A stretch of 62,923 nt of DNA, the filler included, from Octopus bimaculoides (Eukaryota), in the NCBI RefSeq assembly GCF_001194135.2. It is 5 parts of 5 records of this genome, joined end to end, with 100 filler letters (N's around TTAATTAATTAA, not from the genome) between each part and the next. Parts side by side here need not be neighbours in the genome. Positions count along the whole stretch, not along the records: positions 26,547 to 33,887 come from NC_069006.1; positions 33,988 to 48,796 come from NC_068985.1; 3 more parts are not named here. The stretch is one strand, 5' to 3'. The notes beneath the pieces were generated by a model. That model was not told where the DNA came from and searched no databases. It saw only the letters and a program-made list of their open reading frames with translations. Shown one piece after another: positions 26,447-38,360 of this stretch (positions are counted from its first letter, which is position 1; each line of letters begins with the position of its first letter). The position numbers and the translations under genes are program-made.

Positions 26447-26546
26447 NNNNNNNNNNNNNNNNNNNNNNNNNNNNNNNNNNNNNNNNNNNNTTAATTAATT
26501 AANNNNNNNNNNNNNNNNNNNNNNNNNNNNNNNNNNNNNNNNNNNN
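26447..26546. other. Assembly scaffold join (44 N + TTAATTAATTAA + 44 N)
   Basis: Identical 100-bp structure at 33888-33987, 48797-48896 and 60557-60656; the spacer has stops in all six frames. Confidence 0.97.
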
Positions 26547-26815
26547 CACACACACACACACACCTAGTTATGTATCTGTCGTGTATCTGTCTCCCATCCA
26601 TCATCGTTTTCATCCTCCACAACATATTTTCCTTTTCACCTACCAAAGACTCCCACACTTTCGTTCTAACCTACTTTTAAACATCTCCAAAACCTCCATG
26701 CATATACATATATATATATGTGTATATATATGTTTGGAGGGATGTGTATACATGCACATGTGTATATGTATGTATATACGAATGGATGGATATGTTTGTG
26801 TATCTATGGATGTAG

Positions 26816-26860
<45 letters not shown>

Positions 26861-27342
26861 TCCGTATCTATCACTTAGCCATCCAATAATTTCAATCAAT
26901 ATTTCTTTTTGATACATGTTTCGTTTGATATCTTTTGATACGATCTATCTCATGGCAACGCGTATGCGCGTGCACACACGAACACAAAGGCGTGTAAGTA
27001 CGTAAATACGTATTTATATATACATACATACATGTGTATATAGGTATATGTGTATGTTTGCATGTATGTATATATGTGTGTATGTATGTACATGTGNNNN
27101 NNNNNNTATATAAATATATGTATGTGTGTATATATATTTGTGTGTATGTATGTATGTGTATATATATATGATGTGTGTACACACTGTATGCTCGCGCATA
27201 CATGCACTCTTAGCATTCAGGCATACATGTAAACAATACGTTTGCATCCGTGAATAGAATCGTACATAAAATGTATATGACGCTGTATATCTTCAAACAC
27301 ACAGAGGCATACACGCATATATGTATATATGTGTTTGTGTGT

Positions 27343-27379
<37 letters not shown>

Positions 27380-27940
27380 CAATTATATATCTATGGGCTT
27401 CACGTATGCCTGTGTATATGCTATAGGCCTACGTAAATACATCCATATTTATACATAAATGTCTATTCATGCACTTATATGAGCATGTGTACACACACGC
27501 GTACGCGTGTACGTCGCTTATTCAAATGATAATTAGTTTATCATCATTATTATTTTTTTTTATCGTGTATCTGGGATTGAATTTGCATAATTTATTAATG
27601 CAGCCCGAGGAAGGGGGCTCGTATCCTTCTGTTCCTTTTTATTTTATTTCCCTTTTGTTATTTCATTTTTTGTTTTTGCTCTTGTTGTTGTTGTTCCCGA
27701 AATATCCCATTCCCTTCCATGTTTCAACGCCACCTTGCTCCCTGCTCTCTATTTTTTTTTTATATCTTCCTCCATCAATATTTATAATAGGTCTCACTCG
27801 ATTCAACAAATATTATTATACATCGTTGCACCCTCAACAATCGTTTGCAGCCCTTATCTGCCGCCGACGCCGCCACCGCCATCATCCTCAGCCTCCCAGC
27901 TTCAGTTCGTTCTGATTCCACAGAAAAAAAAAACCCTATT

Positions 27941-28350
27941 CTTTTACTTGTTTCAGTCATTTGACTGCGGCCATGCTGGAGTGCCACCTTGAAGAGTTTC
28001 ACTCGAATAAATCGACCTCAGGACTTAACTATTTGTTGAAGCTTAGTATTTATTCTATTGGCCGCTTTTGCGGAACCGCTAAGTTACGGAGGTGTAAACA
28101 CACCAACACCGGTTGTCAAGCGGTGTTGGGAGGACAGGCACAGACGCAAAGATACACACACACACACACACACACAGATACATACATGCATATATATACG
28201 AATGGCTTCTTTCAGTTTCCGCCCGTTAAATCTACTTACAAAACTTTGGTCAACTTGGGGCTATAGGAGAAGACACTTGCCCAAGGTGCCATGCAATGGG
28301 ACTGAACCTGGAACCTTGGGGTTGGGAAGCAAGCTTCTTACCACATAGCC
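27941..28350 (-). mobile_element. SINE family B, near full length
   Basis: Minus strand GGCTATGTGGTAAGAAGCTTGCTTCCCAAC...GTTCAGTCCCATTGCATGGCACCTTGGGCAAGTGTCTTC..., internal (TG)n, 3' CTCCAGCATGGCCGCAGTCAAATGACTGAAACAAGTAAAAG. Confidence 0.92.
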
Positions 28351-28867
28351 GCACACACTGAAATATACACAATGAAACACAAGGACAGTGTGTACACACA
28401 TACGCTGAGCAACACCTCCGAGATCGAACTCAAAACCTTTGTGTCTTAGTGCTGCTCTTACTGACATAAATAACCACCATGCTAGAATCACGTGGGGGGT
28501 AATTAGAGAACAGAGCAAGTGTAAAGACGAAATTAATTAGTCTAAATTGGTTTAATTAACTCCTCTAATTAACTGGGATTTTATTGATGGCAAGAAATGT
28601 GCTAACAATGCTGTTGTCTTTGTTTAGCCCTGGGTCATCCCCCAGAGAACAGAGATACGTCTCTCTGATCATAGGCATTCCTAACGGGGTGGGGTATCTC
28701 TTCCTCTGGGACTGCATGTCTCATGTGTTGCTCTTTGTGTTTAATAAGGGTGAATTGGCTGCTGTCTCTATAAAGTCGAGCGACCGCTTTGATGTTGTTC
28801 TGTTGGCTTGCGGTACTTTTTGGCTACTCTCGTTAGTGTGAGATGAACTCAGCCAATGTGGCTTACA

Positions 28868-29115
28868 GGCGCAGGCGTGGCTGTGTGGTAAGAAGCTTGC
28901 TTCTCAACCACATGGTTCCGGGTTCGGTCCTACTGTGTGACACCTTCGGCAAGTGTCTTCTACTATAGCCTCGGGGCCGACCAAAACCATCGCCTGACAA
29001 CCGATGTTGGTGAGTGTACGTCCGTCCCCTGTAACTTAGCGGTTCGGCAAAGAGACCGATAGAATAAGTACTAGGCTTACAAAGAATAAGTCCTGGGGTC
29101 GATTTGTTTGACTAA
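28868..29115 (+). mobile_element. SINE family B with internal deletion
   Basis: GGCGCAGGCGTGGCTGTGTGGTAAGAAGCTTGC head joined directly to CTGACAACCGATGTTGGTG; lacks the central microsatellite. Confidence 0.9.
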
Positions 29116-29532
29116 AAGAACACACATACGCACACACACACACACAGTTATAACATCTCAGAATTGGCAGTTTACTCTGAATTTCTCTCGTAACTAGTGC
29201 CAGGGATCGCACAAACTTAGGAACCCATTTCTGACCTGTGTATGTTGTGGCCTGCCCTCAATAGGAAAATAAGTACGAAATACTACCACATGATTCACAC
29301 AGACTGCTTTGTGCTCTTTTCACTCCGTTCAGTCGGACTATAGCCATGCTAAACGCTCTGCCTTCGAGGGTTTTACTCGAAATCGATCCCCGTATTTATT
29401 GTAAGTTTGGCACTTATTCGTGGAATAAAAATTGAAAATGTTTTTTTTTTTTAATTAGGGTAATTAAAAAAAAATGTGCCAATCACCTGACCTGTCAACT
29501 ACTCCCTCCTCCCTTTTGCCTCCCGTACTCAC

Positions 29533-29956
29533 ATAGAATTTGCCGCCGCCTCCTTTGAATAATGTTCGAAAATGAAGTAGACAGAAACGAAGCTCGGTGG
29601 TCATGGCTGGAGTGCCTCTGGTTGTAATAGAGNNNNNNNNNNNNNNNNNNNNNNNNNNNNNNNNNNNNNNNNNNNNNNNNNNNNNNNNNNNNNNNNNNNN
29701 NNNNNNNNNNNNNNNNNNNNNNNNNNNNNNNNNNNNNNNNNNNNNNNNNNNNNNNNNNNNNNNNNNNNNNNNNNNNNNNNNNNNNNNNNNNNNNNNNNNN
29801 NNNNNNNNNNNNNNNNNNNNNNNNNTGATAGTTTAGGTGGTAGTTGAGGTGGTGACGGTGACGGATGAGTTGGTGGTGGTGCGGATGCTGGTGGTGATGG
29901 TGGTGGTATTGTTGGTAGCTGTGGCGGTATTGTTGGTAGCTGTGGCGGGTGAGGGT
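29533..29956 (-). CDS. Candidate His/Gln-rich exon spanning an N gap (unverified)
   Basis: Acceptor TCTTGTTTAGTCACAG and donor GTGAGT. Phase-0 frame TLTRHSYQQYRHSYQQYHHHHHQHPHHHQL...[gap]...LYYNQRHSSHDHRASFLSTSFSNIIQRRRRQIL is open on both sides if the gap length is right. An alternative Pro-rich frame is open 5' of the gap. Confidence 0.3.
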
Positions 29957-32140
29957 CTGTGACTAAACAAGATGAAGACATCAGTCAGCTGTCACAAACT
30001 TACAAGATCCCTTCCTTGTTAACTTCGTTGTTTGATATATCAAAGAATATCTGGGTAACACACACACACACACACACATACACACACGCACACACGCATA
30101 CACGCACACACACACACACACACGCGCGCGCGCAGACCTAAGATTACCTTTATTTCCCTGTCTCCGTCATTGACAACTTGTCTCGGCTGGTTCTGTTTCC
30201 TGTCTCACCCTACAACCACTCATCCACCCTCCACCCCCCTCTCTCTCTCTCATTCTTCCCCACCACCAACACACGCATTCCTGCAGTTCTACTACTACTA
30301 CCACCACCATCACCACCTTCCACTCTATTCCTTTCGTCTGCTCTCTCCACTGTTTGTCCCTCTCTTTCCCTTTATCGAATTCCCCACCCCTCTCTCTCTC
30401 TCTCTCCCTCCTCTTACTGTGTCTCTCTCTTTTACATCACGTTGTAATCTATCGTCTCTCTTCCTCTCTTTCTCCTTAACACCTCACCACTCCACTGCCA
30501 CCCCCACGGAGGCTATTATGCATATATACACCCATATATACACACACTATCTCTTCTCTACTCTTGCTCTAGTCACTTCAATTTTTTTCTACTTCTCCCA
30601 CTCTCTCCCTCACACACAACACACACATACACAGTGCATCACACACACACACACAGTGCATCACACACACACACACACACACACTAGGACACAGGGTACC
30701 ATACACACGTACATACCCACACGCATTCCTATGCTTTACCTCTTTGTCTTCTACTTCCTTAAAAAAAAAAACTCACACCACCACCACCACCATCTTCATC
30801 TCCACTGCTTCCACTATTCTTTATCGTCAACCACCACCAACAACAACAACAACGCTGGGTGGATAGAGAAAGAACCCTCACTTCCCACCCCGCCGCTCTC
30901 TCCTCCCCCATCTCTCTCTCTCCCCCCATCTCTCTCTCTCTATTAGTCTCTACACCCCCTCCATCGTCTTACTTCCCACCCTCATCTCCACTCGAACTCG
31001 TATCTTCCTGGGGCGGCGACCCTCTTTCCCCCTCCTTCTCTCNNNNNNNNNNNNNNNNNNNNNNNNNNNNNNNNNNNNNNNNNNNNNNNNNNNNNNNNNN
31101 NNNNNNNNNNNNNNNNNNNNNNNNNNNNNNNNNNNNNNNNNNNNNNNNNNNNNNNNNNNNNNNNNNNNNNNNNNNNNNNNNNNNNNNNNNNNNNNNNNNN
31201 NNNNNNNNNNNNNNNNNNNNNNNNNNNNNNNNNNNNNNNNNNNNNNNNNNNNNNNNNNNNNNNNNNNNNNNNNNNNNNNNNNNNNNNNNNNNNNNNNNNN
31301 NNNNNNNNNNNNNNNNNNNNNNNNNNNNNNNNNNNNNNNNNNNNNNNNNNNNNNNNNNNNNNNNNNNNNNNNNNNNNNNNNNNNNNNNNNNNNNNNNNNN
31401 NNNNNNNNNNNNNNNNNNNNNNNNNNNNNNNNNNNNNNNNNNNNNNNNNNNNNNNNNNNNNNNNNNNNNNNNNNNNNNNNNNNNNNNNNNNNNNNNNNNN
31501 NNNNNNNNNNNNNNNNNNNNNNNNNNNNNNNNNNNNNNNNNNNNNNNNNNNNNNNNNNNNNNNNNNNNNNNNNNNNNNNNNNNNNNNNNNNNNNNNNNNN
31601 NNNNNNNNNNNNNNNNNNNNNNNNNNNNNNNNNNNNNNNNNNNNNNNNNNNNNNNNNNNNNNNNNNNNNNNNNNNNNNNNNNNNNNNNNNNNNNNNNNNN
31701 NNNNNNNNNNNNNNNNNNNNNNNNNNNNNNNNNNNNNNNNNNNNNNNNNNNNNNNNNNNNNNNNNNNNNNNNNNNNNNNNNNNNNNNNNNNNNNNNNNNN
31801 NNNNNNNNNNNNNNNNNNNNNNNNNNNNNNNNNNNNNNNNNNNNNNNNNNNNNNNNNNNNNNNNNNNNNNNNNNNNNNNNNNNNNNNNNNNNNNNNNNNN
31901 NNNNNNNNNNNNNNNNNNNNNNNNNNNNNNNNNNNNNNNNNNNNNNNNNNNNNNNNNNNNNNNNNNNNNNNNNNNNNNNNNNNNNNNNNNNNNNNNNNNN
32001 NNNNNNNNNNNNNNNNNNNNNNNNNNNNNNNNNNNAGGAAAGAAGGATACACTGGATCTTGTTGGTTTAGATACACTTAAAAAGGTGGGATGGTCCCGTC
32101 TAGAATGCCTTTCATCATTGATCTACCCAATGAGGATTCA

Positions 32141-32197
<57 letters not shown>

Positions 32198-32198
32198 T

Positions 32199-32373
32199 CT
32201 TTCTACTATATGCACACGACCTGAAATTTGGGGAGGGGACTAGTCGATTACATCGACTCCAGTGTTCCACTGGTACTTAATTTATTGACCCCGAGAAAAT
32301 GAAAGGTAAAGTCGACCCCTCAGCGGAATTTGAACTCAGAACGGAGCGGCAGACGAAATACCGCTAAGCATTT
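32199..32373 (-). mobile_element. SINE family A with (ATT)n tail
   Basis: Reverse complement of the family A body; the tail is the (AAT)n run at ~32133-32198. Confidence 0.9.
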
Positions 32374-32419
32374 AATAATGATAATAATAGATGCAGTACC
32401 AGGCAGTGTTTGGGGTTTG

Positions 32420-32920
32420 TGGTCATCTGTAAAAGACGGACAGTATAATGTGATGTGAAAGAAAGAAAGAAAATGGTGAATCTGGAGTCGATTTAACGGT
32501 TCCTCACGAAGATAACATGGACGCTGATCGGGCTCGAAAGATTGACCGTTATGTAAACCTCCTCGAGGAATGTGAAGACGCAGGCTGGATAGCGGAGAAT
32601 TTTCCAATCGAAGTCAGATGTAGGGGATTCATTGGACACAGTGTAAGGCGACTGTTGTTATCGTTAGGCCTAACTCATCGTAAAGGAAATTCCACCACGA
32701 ATGACATCCAAACTACAGTGGAAAAGGCTAACCACTTGGATTTGGTTAAAAAGGGATGATGGGCGATGGCTAGAAGAATATTGAGCCAAATTTGATAACC
32801 AGTTGATCTAGCAAGCGGGGCCTCATTTCAGTGAGGAGGGCCAGTGGCCAATGATGCCGTAGAGAGGTAGGCCCCGAAACGGCGCGCATTCTCTCCTGAT
32901 GACCCCATATACTTGCTGGC
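32420..32920 (+). mobile_element. HERO-like RLE retrotransposon 3' end plus 3' UTR
   Basis: LTVPHEDNMDADRARKIDRYVNLLEECEDAGWIAENFPIEVRCRGFIGHSVRRLLLSLG...IQTTVEKANH: HERO-type restriction-like endonuclease C-terminus (ORF 32517-32759); begins shortly after a short (AAT) run. Confidence 0.85.
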
Positions 32921-32984
32921 TTCCGGTATGAGGAGTTCTCGATTGGTAGCACTTGCACGTGCAAAAGTTGTTTGCAAAACATCT

Positions 32985-33140
32985 ATGCTTCTTTCAGTTT
33001 CCGTCTACCAAATCCACTCACAAGGTTTTGGTCGACCCGAAGCTATAGAAGAAAATTGCCCAGGGTGTCACGCAGTGGGACTGAACCTGGAGCCAAGTGG
33101 TTGGGAAGCAGACACTCTTACCACACAGCCACTCCTGCGC
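32985..33140 (-). mobile_element. SINE family B, 5' half
   Basis: Reverse complement of GGCGCAGGAGTGGCTGTGTGGTAAGAG...TGTGAGTGGATTTGGTAGACGGAAACTGAAAGAAGC. Confidence 0.9.
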
Positions 33141-33406
33141 CTTCACACAGACACACACACACACACACACACATACGCGTCGCGCGCGCGCTCACCACAC
33201 TTACCATTGGCTGTAATCCTTACCTGTACCACCATCTCTACTATACTACCACCTCATACATCACCACCACCAACACCATGACAACTAACACCGGCACTGG
33301 TACCACCACCACCACCACCACCACCACTCCCACCGCATTACTATCTACGATACTACAATCCTACCACCACCACCATTACTACTACTACTACTACTGCAGC
33401 TACTGT

Positions 33407-33454
<48 letters not shown>

Positions 33455-33987
33455 CGCCCATACCTTACTATCAACACATCAGATAACATTCCTCTGTGTG
33501 TGCCGCCGACAATACACAAAAGCCAGTGTGTGGAGAGAATGGAGGGAGGGGAGAGAAGGGGGATAGAGGAAGAGAAGTAGTGAGAGAGAGAAATAAGAGA
33601 GACAGGTATATGAGAGAGAGAGCGGGGGAGAGTAAAGGATGTGGATAGAGATATGTGATGGAGAATAGGGGAGGGTGAGAGAGAGAGAGGTAGATACGTG
33701 AAAGAGAGATGCAGAGAGATTTGGATGTAGAGAGATATAGATAGATAGAGAGAGAGAGAGAGAAGTGACTGTATGCAAAGATATGTATGTATGTGTGTAG
33801 GTATGTTGGGCCTGTATGTATGTGTGCGTGTGTGTATTTACGTACGTTTGTATATGTAATTGTGGTGTGTTTAGGTATGTTCCTCTTNNNNNNNNNNNNN
33901 NNNNNNNNNNNNNNNNNNNNNNNNNNNNNNNTTAATTAATTAANNNNNNNNNNNNNNNNNNNNNNNNNNNNNNNNNNNNNNNNNNNN

Positions 33988-34028
<41 letters not shown>

Positions 34029-34113
34029 ATATATGGTGGGGGTGTTGATTCCTAAGTTTTTCCAAGTTTAACCAAGAATTTTCTCAATGTTGTTTTGCAA
34101 ATATTCGTTCAAT

Positions 34114-34430
34114 AGGCGCAGCGTGGCTATGTGGTAAGAAGCTTGCTTCCAAACTTCATAGTTTGGGGTTCAGTCCCACTGCGTGGAACATTGGGTAAGT
34201 GGTTTCTGCTATAACCCCGAACCGAGCAAAACTTTGTAAATACATTTGGAACACAGAAATTGTGCGGAATCTCGTTGTGTACATGTGTGTGTATGTGTTT
34301 GTCCTCCACTACCTATGGACAACTGGTGTTGTTTTGTATATGTATTCGTTGTGGTGGTCATTCTCGAGGACGTCCTCGTGCACGTTACGTCCCCATAACT
34401 TAACGTTTCGGCAAAAAAGACTGATAGAAT
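34114..34430 (+). mobile_element. SINE family B
   Basis: AGGCGCAGCGTGGCTATGTGGTAAGAAGCTTGCTTCC head through ...CTGATAGAATAACT. Confidence 0.85.
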
Positions 34431-34517
34431 AACTATTACAGGAGACTTTTAAAATACTGGCCACAGTTCAATGAATGATAAAAAAAAAAAAAGTAAAAGA
34501 TAAAAATAAATACTTAC

Positions 34518-34596
34518 AGATATTTCTTTTCTGTACAAATGAAATGGAAAAAATTCTTCAATCTCTTCAGATACACTTTTGACGTTTCATTGACTT
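34518..34596 (-). CDS. Candidate internal exon (unverified)
   Basis: Pyrimidine-rich acceptor ending CCCCAG and donor GTAAGT; single open frame VNETSKVYLKRLKNFFHFICTEKKY; phase 1 in, phase 2 out. Confidence 0.18.
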
Positions 34597-34824
34597 CTGG
34601 GGCGCAACACAGTGTTGAACACGGTTAAAAAGAAAAGAAAAACAACGAAATTAAAATGAAGAGAATTTCTGAAATGGCTTGTCTTTGTCTTTAAAGAAAC
34701 ACAAATGTTAAATTAGAAATAGATGGGAAATAAAGGATAGTTCTTGTTTTTAATTATTTCATAACTAAAAGAATTGTCTGTATGAAACATATATATCCAG
34801 CAAAAATATTGTCCCCTTTGCATT

Positions 34825-34883
34825 TATTTATTTATCTGTCTGTCTGCCTGTCTGTCTACCTGCCTTTCTGTCTGTTTGTCTAC

Positions 34884-34914
<31 letters not shown>

Positions 34915-35140
34915 TGCATGTATATATATATCTATTTGTCTGTCTGTCTTTCTATCTGTTTGTCTATTTATGTATGTACGTATGTATGTATGTATGTATG
35001 TATGTATCTATCTATCTATCTATCTATCTATTTATTTATTTGTCTGTCTGTCTGTCTACCTGCCTTTCTGTCTGTCTGTCTACATTTGTGTGTATGTATA
35101 TATCTATTTGTCTGTCTGTCTTTCTGCCTGTTTGTCTATT

Positions 35141-35171
<31 letters not shown>

Positions 35172-35359
35172 CTATCTATCTATTTATTTGTCTGCCTGTC
35201 TGTCTACCTGCTTGTCTGTCTGTCTTTCTGACTGTCTATTTATACATGTATGTATGTATGTATGTATGTATGTATGTATGTATGTATGTATGTATGTATG
35301 TATGTGTGTATATATGTATGTATCTATCTATCAATCTATATGTCTATGAATCTGTCTAC

Positions 35360-35405
<46 letters not shown>

Positions 35406-35430
35406 CTTTATTTATCTTTCTTTCTTCATA
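34825..35430. repeat. Compound tetranucleotide array (TCTG/TATG/TCTA)
   Basis: Alternating blocks; source of the MYVCMYV/LSIY ORFs. Confidence 0.95.
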
Positions 35431-35789
35431 AGTTTGCCGGATCAAGACCAGTTATAACAACCACAATACAAATATATAATACAGTTTTACTATGACAACG
35501 ATTTATAACCTTAGTGCAATGTTATAAAGAAAGTTTGTCGTCAACCCACATTCCGCCAGTACTTGACTGCGGTAAATATTTTAATTCTATGTGTTACATT
35601 TTATTATTTTTATCAATACTACGTGAGTGAAAGCTAAGTCGAACTTTGAATGTTAAGACACGTAACTCAACACGAAAATGCAATCGTCCGTGATCGACTG
35701 ATTCTTCCATTTACCGCTCTTACAGTAATATATAACACTCCACTCAGGACCACAATCTTCGATGAGTTTGATCTAACACTCCTCTTTGA

Positions 35790-36760
35790 CCTCTGAATCC
35801 AAAAATGGCCCTAGTCAACTTTTCGAGTTACAGGATACCCACATTTTTCCCCAAGACCATAAAAATATCAGACCTAACAGATTTGTGATTATTTTATTTA
35901 ATATTTTGCAAATGTGCATACAATGGAAAATTTAAAAAAAAACATTGCTTGACTGTAATGTTTGTACAAATTTATTTTGTTCATACAAAGGATATTGTTA
36001 CTGTGAGTCAAATTTGTGTGCAAGTAGTTAAGGTAAAAATTTACGTGTACGTCTCTCTCTGGAGTGTTCAATCTGAACATTTTCATTTTTTGCTCCGGCA
36101 ATAATCAACCATCATATTTACACCTCGTCTACCCTGATACTGTTCCTCCATGGCCTTCATGTGCTAGTCAACAAGTGGTTCATCTAGAATGCTGTGATCA
36201 CCATGTTCGAGGTTAGATCTAAGACGTTAATTCCTCTCCGGTCAATGCCTCTCTCAAGCTCTGCTGCCCCACAGAAAGCATGGATATTTGATGTACTCAT
36301 GTAACTGACCAAGAAGAATCATACCATTTTAAGGTCAACACAGATGATCTAATTGTGTTTGTGAAAGATATGAAGATATAGAGNNNNNNNNNNNNNNNNN
36401 NNNNNNNNNNNNNNNNNNNNNNNNNNNNNNNNNNNNNNNNNNNNNNNNNNNNNNNNNNNNNNNNNNNNNNNNNNNNNNNNNNNTAGAAAGATATGAAGAT
36501 ATAGAGAGTCATATAGAAAGATATGGAGATATAAAGAGAGTCATTGAGTTGTTGCAATATCACAAAGACAAATTAAATACCCAATTGGGATTGCACCATA
36601 TAAATTGCCATCGTTGAGGACCTGTTTTAAACTCTGCTTTGAATTGCTGATCAGAATTCCCAATTCTTCCTGTAAACCCTGCATGCTATGGCAATATACA
36701 AACCTATGGTCACTTTGAAAGTACTGCAGAGGTACACTTTCTCTGGATCGAAAGTAGCTT
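35790..36760 (-). mobile_element. Chapaev3-like (CMC) DNA transposase, degenerate and internally deleted
   Basis: Minus strand VYCHSMQGLQEELG...SKQSLKQVLNDGNLYGAIPIG, HKHN*IICVDLKMV, YIKYPCFLW, EPLVD, AMEEQYQGR...MMVDYC. These are motifs I recall from Chapaev3 transposases. Confidence 0.75.
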
Positions 36761-36822
36761 GGCTTCGCAAATAGCTTGGCTTCGCAAATAGCTTGGCTTC
36801 GCAAATACCTTGGCTTCACAAA
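36755..36822 (+). repeat. 17-bp tandem repeat (TAGCTTGGCTTCGCAAA) x4
   Basis: Three exact copies plus one with two substitutions. Confidence 0.95.
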
Positions 36823-37704
36823 TGCGTCGATGTTTGCTTTTTAATTGGGAATGATCAATCAGCCACATATACAGCAAGAGGAATCAGTGGTGTTTAGGCA
36901 TTTATGACAAGAAGTAGCGAAAGGAGACATGTTCTGAAAGAAAGGAAATAAGTATGGAAATAAAAGTTAAGTTGAACAGTCACAAGCTTAGAAAAACAAA
37001 AAAATGCTTACTTAAAAGCGGTGCTCCAGCATAGCCGCAATCAAATGACTGAAACAAATAAAAGAATAAATGAATAAAAGAATAAATGAATAAAAGAATT
37101 CGGTTTGCTAAACCTTGCATACAGACTTTCATGTATTATTTGCAGCATACATTAGTAGTCACCAATATAGAGCGGCCGCAGGGGCCTGTAACCACTATCC
37201 TAGATAAATATGTGTATTCTACATAAATGTTTATGGATATTAACTTTAGCATGAATTGATCTGAATGAAAATGCAAAAGGACAGAGCTAAGTAATGCAAG
37301 ACATTTATGCAATGTAATCTCTGGTTAAAGTTTAAACATAAAAATCAACTTACACAAACAAAACATTTACCTGTATGAAATGTCATCAATCTTAGAAGGA
37401 AAAGTACAAAAATCTTACTACCGAAAGGCTCTTGTACTCCAACACAGTTTTTCCTGTCAAATCCTTTCGATCTCATTCAAATGTGTTTGAAAGCCGTTTT
37501 TGTTTGCAATTTTTTCTAGCTGACTCAGTTTGGCCTTTTCTTTTTCAGCCAGTATAAGTTGGCAGGCCTTGGCTCGAAATTGACTTATTGATTGTGTCTG
37601 CACAAATGTTTTACAATTATAGAATTCTTTATAGAAGAGATCCAATGTACTGGTTAACGTACAAGAATTCTGTTCAAGATTTTTGATATTACTCTTTTAC
37701 TCTT

Positions 37705-37910
37705 TTACTTGTTTCAGTCATGTGACTAAGGCCATGCTGGAGCATTGCCTTTAGTCGAGCAAATCGACCCCAGGACTTATTCTTTGTAAGTCTAGTACCT
37801 ATTCTATCGGTCTCTTTTGCCGAACCGCTAAGTTACGGGGACATAAACACACCACTATTGGTTGTCAAGCGATGTTGGGGGGACAAACACAGACACACAA
37901 ACATGCACAC

Positions 37911-37942
<32 letters not shown>
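37705..37942 (-). mobile_element. SINE family B, 3' half, running into a gap
   Basis: TTTTACTTGTTTCAGTCATGTGACTAAGGCCATGCTGGAGC...GAACCGCTAAGTTACGGGGAC. Confidence 0.9.
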
Positions 37943-37943
<1 letters not shown>

Positions 37944-38360
37944 NNNNNNNNNNNNNNNNNNNNNNNNNNNNNNNNNNNNNNNNNNNNNNNNNNNNNNNNN
38001 NNNNNNNNNNNNNNNNNNNNNNNNNNNNNNNNNNNNNNNNNNNNNNNNNNNNNNNNNNNNNNNNNNNNNNNNNNNNNNNNNNNNNNNNNNNNNNNNNNNN
38101 NNNNNNNNNNNNNNNNNNNNNNNNNNNNNNNNNNNNNNNNNNNNNNNNNNNNNNNNNNNNNNNNNNNNNNNNNNNNNNNNNNNNNNNNNNNNNNNNNNNN
38201 NNNNNNNNNNNNNNNNNNNNNNNNNNNNNNNNNNNNNNNNNNNNNNNNNNNNNNNNNNNNNNNNNNNNNNNNNNNNNNNNNNNNNNNNNNNNNNNNNNNN
38301 NNNNNNNNNNNNNNNNNNNNNNNNNNNNNNNNNNNNNNNNNNNNNNNNNNNNNNNNNNNN

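Noticed and set aside
26491-26502. TTAATTAATTAA recurring four times as a possible conserved motif
   Set aside because: Always centred in exactly 44 N + 44 N; it is an artificial six-frame-stop scaffold linker.
36755-36822. Regular repeats as a possible CRISPR array
   Set aside because: Units are directly adjacent with no unique spacers, and the context is eukaryotic with no cas genes.
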